A stretch of DNA of 23,015 bases. Origin: Myxococcota bacterium. Lineage in GTDB: Bacteria > Myxococcota_A > UBA796 > UBA2385. The notes under the pieces are model-generated. The model worked only from the letters and a program-made list of their open reading frames with translations. It searched no databases and was not told the DNA's origin. The DNA lies in the NCBI GenBank assembly GCA_044344255.1, contig JBIJDH010000050.1:1-23015 (forward strand), given 5' to 3'. Positions 15,508 through 23,015 of this stretch are shown here, one piece after another. A program made the position numbers and the translations under genes. Within the stretch, counting starts at the first letter, position 1; each line of letters begins with the position of its first letter.

Positions 15508-17194
15508 CGACGAGGCAGGGCCCGGGGCGCCCGGCATTACACACCCGCCCCTCGACGGTGGGGGAGATCCCGGCACCCCCCGCCGCGGCGAGGCGCTGGA
15601 TGAACCAGTCCTTCAGGTCGACCGAGGGCCCCTTCCGCACCATGCTCGGCACCAGCATCGTGTAGCCGTCCTGGCCCTTCTTGGGGTCAAGCAGGAAGTC
15701 GAGGGTCACCGCACGGATCTTCTCGTCGGGCCGCACGGCCCGATAGCGGCCGCCCTCCCGCAGGCTGAGCCCGCTCACCGCGCCGGTGGTAGGGTCAAAG
15801 CGGAAGGCGAAGCCCGCGATCTGAAGGTAGTGGCCCTGGCCCGTCCAGTCGGTCACGGCGCGCTGGGCCACCTTCAGCAGGGTGGCGCCGTCGAGCTCCA
15901 CGACGGTCAGCGGTGAGGGGTAGGCGAAGAGCTCCTCCACCACCTGCCGGGTGAGCGGCCCGGCGGCGATGTTCCGGTTGAGGCGGAGCGAGCCCGAGTT
16001 GATGAAGGCCACCTGCGTCTTCTGGGCGGCGGTGGCCTCGAGCATCCAGTCAGCGATCTGGTCACCGAGGTTGGTCTCGAAGCGGCGGATCTCCAGCTCC
16101 TCGGCGATGAGGGGCACCGCCGTCCCGCCGACCGGCTGGGCGAGGCAGCCCGGCGCGCTCCCCACCTTGGCGCAGAACTCGCGGTCGTGCCGCGCCTGCC
16201 AGACCGCCACGGCCGCGTCGAGCGCGGGGTCGGGCGCGGGGGCCGCCCCCGCCAAGGGGACGAAGTCCCAGCGGATCGAGACGGCGCCGTCGACCCGCTC
16301 GAGCTTGACCACGGCGACGGAGGTGGCGTCGGCGTTGGCCTTGACCACCGCGGACCGGCCCACCCGCGCGTCCTGCTGGTTGTGCTCGTGGCCGCCGACG
16401 ATGAGGTCAGGGCCCGAGGCGCCGAGCGCGGCCAGCAGCGCCTTGTCTTCGTTCATGTCGAGGTGGGTGATGGCGACGACGAAGTCGGCCCCCTCGGCGC
16501 GGAGGGCGGCGCTCTGCTGGCGGGCGAGCTCGACCCGATCCCCGAAGCCGGTGACAAAGGCCGCCTTGGCGCGGTCGGTGGTGAGGCCGAAGAGGCCCAC
16601 CCGATAGCCGCCGCTCTCCACGAGCCGACGGGGGAGCAGGTTGGGCGCGGCGACGATCGGCTGCCCGTCGGCGCCAGCGGCGAACTGCACGTTGGCGGAG
16701 AGCCAGGTGAACTGGCTCTGCTCGACGCGCCGATCGAGGGCCGGGCCGTCCTCGAGGGCCGACTTGTCGAACTCGTGGTTGCCGAAGGTGACGAAGAGGC
16801 GTGGGTCGCTCGCGGCGGCGTCGCCGTCGAGCTGGTTGAGCAGATCGATCATCTGGTCGCCCCCGTAGAGGCGGCTCATGAAGGAGGGCTGCAGCAGGTC
16901 TCCGGCGTGGGTGACGAGCAGGGAGGGGTGCTCCCGCTCGAGCTGGAGGCGCAGCGCGCGCACCCGCGGGAAGCCCCCGGCCTGGGCGAAGGTGTCGCCC
17001 TCGGCGCGGTAGGTGTCGTTCATCGCGAGGATCACGGCGGGGGCTCGCAGAACGGGCGGGGCAGTGGCCGGCGCGACCTCGGCCACGGGCGCCGGTCGCG
17101 GCTGGTGGAGGGCTCCCGGACAGCCGAGGGCGGGGGCGAGGGCGAGGGCGAGGGCCAGCCCCGCGACCCACGGTCGGAGGGAGCGCGCGCTCAC
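15497..17194 (-). CDS. Bifunctional metallophosphoesterase/5'-nucleotidase, probable lipoprotein (565 aa)
   Basis: AMNDTY, HAGDLL, FGNHEFD, WLSANV, AITH, VGGHEH; C-terminal ETNLGDQIAD, NSGSLR, LQIAG, DGY. ALG-C lipobox-like site. GTG start overlaps the upstream TGA. Confidence 0.93.
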   Translation of the reverse strand: MSARSLRPWVAGLALALALAPALGCPGALHQPRPAPVAEVAPATAPPVLRAPAVILAMNDTYRAEGDTFAQAGGFPRVRALRLQLEREHPSLLVTHAGDLLQPSFMSRLYGGDQMIDLLNQLDGDAAASDPRLFVTFGNHEFDKSALEDGPALDRRVEQSQFTWLSANVQFAAGADGQPIVAAPNLLPRRLVESGGYRVGLFGLTTDRAKAAFVTGFGDRVELARQQSAALRAEGADFVVAITHLDMNEDKALLAALGASGPDLIVGGHEHNQQDARVGRSAVVKANADATSVAVVKLERVDGAVSIRWDFVPLAGAAPAPDPALDAAVAVWQARHDREFCAKVGSAPGCLAQPVGGTAVPLIAEELEIRRFETNLGDQIADWMLEATAAQKTQVAFINSGSLRLNRNIAAGPLTRQVVEELFAYPSPLTVVELDGATLLKVAQRAVTDWTGQGHYLQIAGFAFRFDPTTGAVSGLSLREGGRYRAVRPDEKIRAVTLDFLLDPKKGQDGYTMLVPSMVRKGPSVDLKDWFIQRLAAAGGAGISPTVEGRVCNAGRPGPCLVVSP

Positions 17195-17817
17195 GCCCCC
17201 TCACCCTTGTCACCCTTGTCGATCTTGTCATTCTTGTCGAGCTTGTCGGTCTTCTCGGCCTTCTCGCCCTCATCGGCCTTGGGATCGACCCGCTGGAAGG
17301 AGCCGCGCACGCGCGTCCACCAGTCGGTCTTCTCGTCGTCGTCGCCCACCTTGACGGCGACCGACTCCTCTTCGGCGATCACGGCGGAGGGGCCGGTGTT
17401 CACGCGGCCCTCGAGCGGGAGCAGCACGCCCTCCTCGAGCAGGATGCCGGTGACCGATCGGCCGTCATCGGCGACCACGAAGTCTTTGACCTCACCCAAG
17501 TCTTTGCCGCGCCGGGTGATCGCGCGGGTGCCCTTGTACTGGCTGGCCCAGGCTCTCCCTTCGACTGCGGTGGCCTTGCCGCCGGCGAACTCGACCGCGG
17601 ACTCGGATCGGACGAAGGCGAGGTCACGGCCGATGCGCACGAAGTCGGCGGCGGCCACCCCTCCGGCCTTGGCGAACATGCCCTGGCCCTTCAGGCGCCA
17701 GCCGAAGATCCGGTGAGTGTCGAGGTCAAACTGGAAGTCCTCCAGCTTGCCGATCAGCGCGCCCTCCTGAAGGGTGGCCACCGAGAGGGACTGCGCACGC
17801 TTCCAGGTCTCCATCAT
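17191..17817 (-). CDS. Tandem PRC-barrel domain protein (208 aa)
   Basis: Two repeats: VATLQEGALIGKLEDFQFD...RIGRDLAFV and AITRRGKDLGEVKDFVV...TGPSAVIA. AAGGAG Shine-Dalgarno. Confidence 0.85.
   Translation of the reverse strand: MMETWKRAQSLSVATLQEGALIGKLEDFQFDLDTHRIFGWRLKGQGMFAKAGGVAAADFVRIGRDLAFVRSESAVEFAGGKATAVEGRAWASQYKGTRAITRRGKDLGEVKDFVVADDGRSVTGILLEEGVLLPLEGRVNTGPSAVIAEEESVAVKVGDDDEKTDWWTRVRGSFQRVDPKADEGEKAEKTDKLDKNDKIDKGDKGEGA
17197..17280 (-). repeat. 9-bp coding repeat encoding a charged (D/E)K-x tail
   Basis: CTTGTCnnn x5-6 and CTTCTCnnn on the + strand; protein EKAEKTDKLDKNDKIDKGDKGEGA. Confidence 0.8.
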
Positions 17818-17847
17818 CTGCTCTCCTTCCGTTGAGGCTGTCCCCCT

Positions 17848-17885
17848 ATCCTACGGCGGCGAGGGTCTGAAGATGGCACTACAAT
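17848..17885. promoter_or_regulatory. Candidate divergent -10 elements
   Basis: TACAAT at 17880-17885 (+, toward the lipoprotein operon) and TAGGAT at 17853-17848 (-, toward the PRC-barrel and nucleotidase genes). Confidence 0.5.
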
Positions 17886-17944
17886 GACCACCTCGCGCAC
17901 TGAAGACCTCGCCCCCCGGCGTCGTCGCGCTCCTGGGAGGCCCG

Positions 17945-18910
17945 ATGAAGCGCTCCACCCCCCTGACGCTGGCCCTCGGCTTCGGGCTGCTCTCGGCCTG
18001 CGGAGGGGACAAAGCCGATCCCCCCGCCGCTGAGGTCGAGCCCGAGCCGACCTTGCCGAGCGAGTACACCTACACCCCCGAGGGGGACGGCGGCGCCACC
18101 TTCGACGCCGCCAAGGTGAGCGAGGCCCTCGACGACTTCGCCGCCGCGCTCCGCAGCACCACCGGCGCGCCCGGCGTGGTGGCCTACGAGGCCGCGATGG
18201 CCGAGGCCGAGGAGGGCTGCCCCGACTGGTACGAGATGGACGGCAGCACCTTCTGGTACGCCGACTGCACCACCAGCGCCGGCGCCACCTTCTCCGGCTA
18301 CGGCTTCGAGTACCTGTACACCGACTACGATCTGCTCGGTGACGGCGGGAGCTGGGTGGCCACCTCGGTCTACGGCTCGGCCCGCATCGAGTCGCCCACC
18401 CAGGGTCTGTTTCAGATCGGCGGCGGGGTGGCCCACGCCGAGGGCATCACCGGCGACGGCTGGCCCGCTTGGATGACGCAGATCACCGGCGGCGTGTATG
18501 GCGAGGGCGAGGCCGCCCAGGGCACCTGGGTCTCCACCGGCTCCACCCCCTCGCTGATGGTCTACGCGATCGACGCCCTCGACTACAACGCCCGCTACAT
18601 GACCATCGCCGGCACCCTCGCCAACGTGAGCGAGGCGGCCACCGCGATCGAGACGGCGGGCATCTACGTCGTGGACTTCGACGGCTACTACCCCTGCGCC
18701 GAGGAGCCCACCGGCGCTATCTCGGTGCGGGACGCCGCCGGCCGCTGGTGGACGGTCACCTTCGACGTGGTCGAAGTAGACAACGGCTTCGAGATGCAAG
18801 GCGAGTGCGACGGCTGCGGGACGGTCACCGACCCCACCGGCGAGGTCGTCGGCGAGGCCTGCATCGACGTCACCCCCATCCTCGACTGGGAGGACAACCG
18901 CCCATGGTGA
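17945..18910 (+). CDS. Acidic, aromatic-rich hypothetical lipoprotein A (321 aa)
   Basis: GGAGG Shine-Dalgarno; MKR...LLSA-C lipobox; six further Cys (GCPDW..ADC, YPC, ECDGC, EAC); beta-strand pattern. Confidence 0.85.
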   Translation: MKRSTPLTLALGFGLLSACGGDKADPPAAEVEPEPTLPSEYTYTPEGDGGATFDAAKVSEALDDFAAALRSTTGAPGVVAYEAAMAEAEEGCPDWYEMDGSTFWYADCTTSAGATFSGYGFEYLYTDYDLLGDGGSWVATSVYGSARIESPTQGLFQIGGGVAHAEGITGDGWPAWMTQITGGVYGEGEAAQGTWVSTGSTPSLMVYAIDALDYNARYMTIAGTLANVSEAATAIETAGIYVVDFDGYYPCAEEPTGAISVRDAAGRWWTVTFDVVEVDNGFEMQGECDGCGTVTDPTGEVVGEACIDVTPILDWEDNRPW

Positions 18911-20604
18911 GCCCCCTGCGCACCGCACCCGCTCGCCCGCTCGCCCGGCGCGCCCGCTCCCTCCTGCCCTGCGCGGTGGCCCTGCTGCTCGCCTGCGGCG
19001 GGGAGGCGCCCGCCGACAAGGCCACCCCCGGCGCGATGACCGAGGCCGACATCCCCGCCTTGGCGCCCGCGGCCCTGCTCTCGCGCATCAGCCTCGACCT
19101 GCGCGGCACCCGGCCCACCCTCGAGGAGCTCGCCGCCGTCCAGGCCGATCCCGCCGCCCTCGACGGCCTCGTCGCCGCGATGGTCGACGACCCTCGTTTT
19201 GGCGTTCGAGTGCGACAGATCTACGCCGAGATCTACCTCACCAAGGCCGACTACTACTACATCAGCGCCGCTCAGTTCGGCCTCGAGGACGACATCGGCT
19301 TCGCCCGCGCGGTGGGAGAAGAGCCGCTGCGGGTGGTCGAGCGGATCGCCACCGAAGACCTCCCGTACACCGAGGTCGTGACCGGCGACTGGACCGTGGC
19401 CAACGAGCTGCTCGCCTCGATCGCCCCCCTCGACTACCCCGCGGGCGGCGAGGGCTGGCAGGTCTCCCACTACACCGACGGTCGGCCGCCGGCCGGCGTG
19501 CTCGCCACCAACGGCCTGTGGTGGCGCTACACCTCCACCGACTCCAACGCCAACCGGAAGCGCGCCAACCAGGTGAGCCGCATCCTCTTGTGCAACGACT
19601 ACCTCTCGCGGCCGATCACCTTTGACCGCAACATCGACCTCCTCGATGAGCAGGCCGTCGCCGACGCCATCCACGAGAACCCGGCCTGCGTGAACTGCCA
19701 CACCAGCCTTGACCCCATCGCCGCCTACTTCTTCGGCTTCTGGGCCTACGACTACACGAGCGCCCTCGAGGTGCGGGCCTACCACCCCGACCGCGAGCAC
19801 CTCTACGCGAGCTACCTCGACACCTCACCGGCCTGGTACGGCGCCCCCGGGGCCTCGCTCGCCGACCTCGGCCAGCAGATCGCCGGAGACCCGCGCTTCC
19901 CGGAGTGCGCGGTCGAGCAGGTCTACCGCGCGCTGCTCCGGCGGGACCCCACCCTCGACGACACGAACCCGCTCGTGGCGCACCGCGAGGCCTTCCTCGC
20001 TGGCGAGCTGCGGCTCAAGCCCCTCTTCCTCTCCGTCGTGGCGGACGCGCGCTACCGGGCCGCCCCGGTTGACGACCCAGCCACCGAGGCGCTCGGCGCC
20101 GTGCCGATGAAGCTCCTCACCGTCGATCAGCTCGCGAGCTCGGTCGAGGACATCACCGGCTTCCGCTGGGACTACGCCGGCTACGACATGCTCGACAACG
20201 ACACCGTCGGCCTGCGCACCCTCGCCGGGGGTGTCGACGGCCAGACGGTCACCGAGAGCGCGACCTCCCCCTCCGCCACCCTCCTCCTCGTCCAGGAGCG
20301 CCTCGCCGAGGCGGCGGCGAGCCACGTCGTCACGACAGAGAGCGCGCTGCCGCAGGCGGACCGCGCGCTCTTCACCGAGATCGACGGCACGGAGACCCCC
20401 GAGTCCGGCCGAGACGCGATGGTGGCCCAGATCCAGCGCCTCCACCTCCGCCTCTTCGGCCACACCATCGCCGCCGACGGGCCCGAGGTGGAGGGCAACC
20501 TCGGCCTCTGGAGCGAGCTCTACGCCGCCGATGGCGACGCCGGGGCCGCCTGGCGCGGCCTGCTCTCCGCCCTCCTCCGCGACCCCGACTTCGTCCTCTA
20601 CTAG
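18904..20604 (+). CDS. Heme-c-binding lipoprotein of the PSD/PSCyt type (DUF1549/DUF1588/DUF1585-like; ~566 aa; start ATG 18904 or GTG 18907)
   Basis: LLA-C lipobox; RISLDLRGTRPTLEE (DUF1549-like); CVNCH at 19687-19701 followed by LDPIA; DLGQQIAGDPRFPECAV; LLTVDQLASSVEDITG; C-terminal AWRGLLSALLRDPDFVLY. Start overlaps the upstream stop. Confidence 0.85.
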   Translation: MVSPLRTAPARPLARRARSLLPCAVALLLACGGEAPADKATPGAMTEADIPALAPAALLSRISLDLRGTRPTLEELAAVQADPAALDGLVAAMVDDPRFGVRVRQIYAEIYLTKADYYYISAAQFGLEDDIGFARAVGEEPLRVVERIATEDLPYTEVVTGDWTVANELLASIAPLDYPAGGEGWQVSHYTDGRPPAGVLATNGLWWRYTSTDSNANRKRANQVSRILLCNDYLSRPITFDRNIDLLDEQAVADAIHENPACVNCHTSLDPIAAYFFGFWAYDYTSALEVRAYHPDREHLYASYLDTSPAWYGAPGASLADLGQQIAGDPRFPECAVEQVYRALLRRDPTLDDTNPLVAHREAFLAGELRLKPLFLSVVADARYRAAPVDDPATEALGAVPMKLLTVDQLASSVEDITGFRWDYAGYDMLDNDTVGLRTLAGGVDGQTVTESATSPSATLLLVQERLAEAAASHVVTTESALPQADRALFTEIDGTETPESGRDAMVAQIQRLHLRLFGHTIAADGPEVEGNLGLWSELYAADGDAGAAWRGLLSALLRDPDFVLY

Positions 20605-20653
20605 CCAGCCCTCAGCTCGCCCCTGTTCACCGACAGGGCGGGAGGCCGCAGCC

Positions 20654-21916
20654 ATGAACCGTCGTCAGCTCCTCGGCGCCTCCGCCGCCGGCCTCGCGGG
20701 CCTCAGCCTCGCCCGGCCCGCCCGGGCCTCCGTCTCCAACGCCGACCGCAAGTTCATCTTCCTCTTCAACAACGGCGGCTGGGACCCCACTCGCGTGCTC
20801 GCCGACGGCCTGTCGAACGGTAACGTCGATAGTGAGCCCGGCTCGGAGCGGGCGAGCGCAGGGGGCATCCGCTGGGTGAGCCACCCCGACCGCCCGAGCG
20901 TCGACGCCTTCCTCTCCGGGAACCACGATCGGCTGCTGATCCTGAACGGGGTGCAGGTGCGGAGCATCGCCCACGAGATCTGCACGATGATCGCGCTCAC
21001 GGGCAGCACCTCGGGCTTCCTCCCCGACTGGGCCACCCTGCTCGCCGCCTCGGCGGGTGACCGCTACACCCTGCCCCACCTCGTGCTCTCGGGCCCGGCC
21101 TTCACCGGTGAGCTCGGCACCTCGGTGGCCCGCACGGGGCAGAACGGGCAGCTCGAGGGCCTGCTCTCCGGCGAGATCCTCGGCTGGAGTGACACCGCGG
21201 TGACCGGGCCCTCCCGCTCGGCCGAGTCGATCCTCGACCGTTACCTCGCCCGGCGCACCGGAGCGGCGGCCGCCGCGGCCCGCTCGAGCGTGGCCCAGCG
21301 CCTCACCCTCGCCTACGACGACGCCGCCCGGAAGGCCGCCGCCCTCAAGGCCTCCCGCTACGTGATGGACTTCACCGGCGGGGCCTCGCTCGCCGACCAG
21401 TCCGCGGTCGCCGTCGACGCCCTCTCCTACGGCCTCAGCCGCTGCGTCACGATGTCCTACCCGGGCGCCGCCGGCGGCCTCGGCTGGGACACCCACGCCA
21501 ACAACGACGCTGACCAGAGCGTGCTCTGGGAGGGCCTCTTCGCGGGCATCACCGAGCTCGTCGCCCTGCTGGACGGCACGCCGGGCACCGCGGGCGGGAG
21601 CCTCGCCGAAGAGACCGTGCTCGTCGTGCTCTCCGAGCTCGGCCGCACGCCGCAGCTCAACGCCACCGCCGGCAAGGACCACTGGCCCTACACGAGCGTG
21701 ATGCTGCTCGGGGCCGGCATCAGCGCCGACCGTATCATCGGCGGCTTCGACAGCGGCTGGAACGGCGAGACGGTCGACCTCAGCAGCGGCGAGACCGTGG
21801 AGGATGGCCACGTCCTCGCCGTCGAGTCGGTGGGCGCCGCCCTGCTCGCCCTCGGTGATGTCGATCCCGCCGAGCACCTCCCCGACGCCACCCCCCTCGA
21901 GGCCCTCCTGGCCTGA
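20654..21916 (+). CDS. DUF1501 domain protein with twin-arginine (Tat) signal (~420 aa)
   Basis: GGGAGG Shine-Dalgarno; MNRRQLLG...ARA signal; FLFNNGGWD, GWDTH, SELGRTP, GKDHW motifs. Confidence 0.92.
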   Translation: MNRRQLLGASAAGLAGLSLARPARASVSNADRKFIFLFNNGGWDPTRVLADGLSNGNVDSEPGSERASAGGIRWVSHPDRPSVDAFLSGNHDRLLILNGVQVRSIAHEICTMIALTGSTSGFLPDWATLLAASAGDRYTLPHLVLSGPAFTGELGTSVARTGQNGQLEGLLSGEILGWSDTAVTGPSRSAESILDRYLARRTGAAAAAARSSVAQRLTLAYDDAARKAAALKASRYVMDFTGGASLADQSAVAVDALSYGLSRCVTMSYPGAAGGLGWDTHANNDADQSVLWEGLFAGITELVALLDGTPGTAGGSLAEETVLVVLSELGRTPQLNATAGKDHWPYTSVMLLGAGISADRIIGGFDSGWNGETVDLSSGETVEDGHVLAVESVGAALLALGDVDPAEHLPDATPLEALLA

Positions 21917-21943
21917 ATTCCTGGCCTGAATTCCTGGCCTGAT
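21906..21943 (+). repeat. 13-bp tandem repeat TCCTGGCCTGAAT x3 spanning the DUF1501 stop codon
   Basis: Units at 21906, 21919 and 21932; the last lacks one A. Confidence 0.9.
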
Positions 21944-21964
21944 TCCCCGCTGGCCGAGGCCCCC

Positions 21965-22363
21965 ATGACGCGCCGCCCGATCCCGCTCCCCCTCCACGCC
22001 GCCCGGCTCGCGGCGCTCGCCCTCGTCGGGCTCTGCGCCTGCGGCGACGACGGCGGCGAAGGGAAGGACAGCCCGCTCCCCGCCGACACCGGCGCCTGCG
22101 CCGACGCCCCCGTGCTCACCTGGGCCAACTTCGGCGCCGGCTTCCTGATCGAGAACTGCCAGAGCTGCCACGCCTCGACCTCCCCAGACCGGAACGGCGC
22201 CCCCGAGAGCGTCACCTTTGACACCGAGGCCGAGGCCCTGGCCCTCCAGGACCGCATCCTCATCCGCGCCGCCGGTGACGCCCCCGACATGCCCCCCGAG
22301 GGCGGCATCACCGAAGAAGACCGGCACCGCCTTGAGCTCTGGCTCACCTGCTGGGTGGAGTGA
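21965..22363 (+). CDS. Small monoheme cytochrome c lipoprotein (132 aa)
   Basis: LVGLCA-C lipobox-like site; CQSCH at 22157-22171; distal DMPP (likely Met ligand); C-terminal helix LELWL. Confidence 0.9.
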   Translation: MTRRPIPLPLHAARLAALALVGLCACGDDGGEGKDSPLPADTGACADAPVLTWANFGAGFLIENCQSCHASTSPDRNGAPESVTFDTEAEALALQDRILIRAAGDAPDMPPEGGITEEDRHRLELWLTCWVE

Positions 22364-22365
22364 CC

Positions 22366-23015
22366 ATGCTTGACCTCCGGACCGCGCCCCGCCTCGCGCC
22401 CCCCGTCTTCGCGCACCCCCTCTTCGCGCTCCCCCTCTTCGCGCTCCCCCTCCTCGCGCTGGCCTGCGGCTCCGACAAGGGACGCGCTGGCGAAGGCGAG
22501 GGAGAGGGAGAGGCGAGCGAGGACACCGCCCCCTACCTGCTCGACCCCACCGACCCCGAGCTCCCGGCCTTCGACGGGGAGGCCCTCGGCCTCGTCGTCG
22601 AGGAGTCCCTGCTCACGCTCCGCCGGTCGAGCGCCGAGCCCGCCCTGCTCGCGTACGCCGAGGCCATGCAGGGCATCGACGACGGCTGCCCCACCTGGTT
22701 CGACGCTGACGGCATCGACTATTGGTACGACCAGTGCACGGCGGAGGGAGGCAGCACCTACGAGGGCTACGCCTACGCCATCACCTACGACGACACCCCG
22801 GGCGAGGGCGGCGCGCTGTATTCGGGGGCGGCCTTCTTCGGCGTGGCGCGCATCGAAGACGCCGCGGGGCACGTCTTCGAGAGCGCGGGGGGCGCGACCT
22901 ATGTGGTCGGCGAAGACAGCTCCGGCAACCGGTTCTACTACTCGGTGATCGACGACGGCTTCGGCTACGACGGCCCCGCCGCCGAGGGCACCTGGCTCTC
23001 CGCCGGCCTGTCCCC
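22366..23015 (+). CDS. Hypothetical lipoprotein A', paralog of 17945-18910; runs off the window and is absent from the ORF track
   Basis: ATG 22366 after GGAG, 2 nt past the cytochrome stop. Translates MLDLRTAPRLAPPVFAHPLFALPLFALPLLALA-CGSDKG...GEGEGEGE...AYAEAMQGIDDGCPTWFDADGIDYWYDQCTAEGGSTYEGY...AAEGTWLSAG with no stop before the window end. Confidence 0.88.
   Translation, partial: MLDLRTAPRLAPPVFAHPLFALPLFALPLLALACGSDKGRAGEGEGEGEASEDTAPYLLDPTDPELPAFDGEALGLVVEESLLTLRRSSAEPALLAYAEAMQGIDDGCPTWFDADGIDYWYDQCTAEGGSTYEGYAYAITYDDTPGEGGALYSGAAFFGVARIEDAAGHVFESAGGATYVVGEDSSGNRFYYSVIDDGFGYDGPAAEGTWLSAGLS
22401..22460 (+). repeat. 15-bp tandem repeat x4 inside a signal peptide
   Basis: CCCCGTCTTCGCGCA / CCCCCTCTTCGCGCT / CCCCCTCTTCGCGCT / CCCCCTCCTCGCGCT. 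Confidence 0.9.

Noticed and set aside
18804..18818. CDGC in lipoprotein A as a heme or thioredoxin motif
   Set aside because: No His after CxxC and no thioredoxin-fold context; probably structural disulfides.
18469..18903. ORF-track N-terminal extensions of the heme lipoprotein (also 20231-20653 for DUF1501 and 13194-13301 for the amidase)
   Set aside because: They overlap upstream genes or promoter regions; signal peptides, Shine-Dalgarno sites or stop/start overlaps mark the later starts.
22370..22948. 192-aa + strand ORF in the track
   Set aside because: Wrong frame; the frame starting at 22366 gives a lipoprotein homologous to 17945-18910.

Overview
Very GC-rich bacterial DNA, most likely Myxococcota (MYXO-CTERM-like tail, many lipoproteins with acidic Gly-rich linkers, PSD/PSCyt plus DUF1501 genes). 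I support about 20 protein genes and see no RNA genes, CRISPR or mobile elements. Three blocks: (1) 1-10631, a probable cell-envelope modification region: partial sulfatase, three membrane-anchored SGNH/GDSL proteins, a GT-C/YfhO-like multi-pass protein, a lipoprotein, and two paralogous single-pass proteins with a choice-of-anchor-X-like outer motif and a shared unknown inner domain. (2) 10797-17817, mixed genes: Cys-rich exported protein, anchored peptidoglycan amidase, peroxiredoxin, a membrane gene pair behind 11-bp-periodic GTTCAC repeats, 5'-nucleotidase and PRC-barrel protein. (3) 17945 to the end, an all-exported operon: lipoprotein A, heme-c PSD/PSCyt lipoprotein, Tat-exported DUF1501, monoheme cytochrome c lipoprotein, and a paralog of lipoprotein A that the ORF track misses. 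Two genes appear to start at CTG. All family calls come from motif recognition by eye, not database searches.
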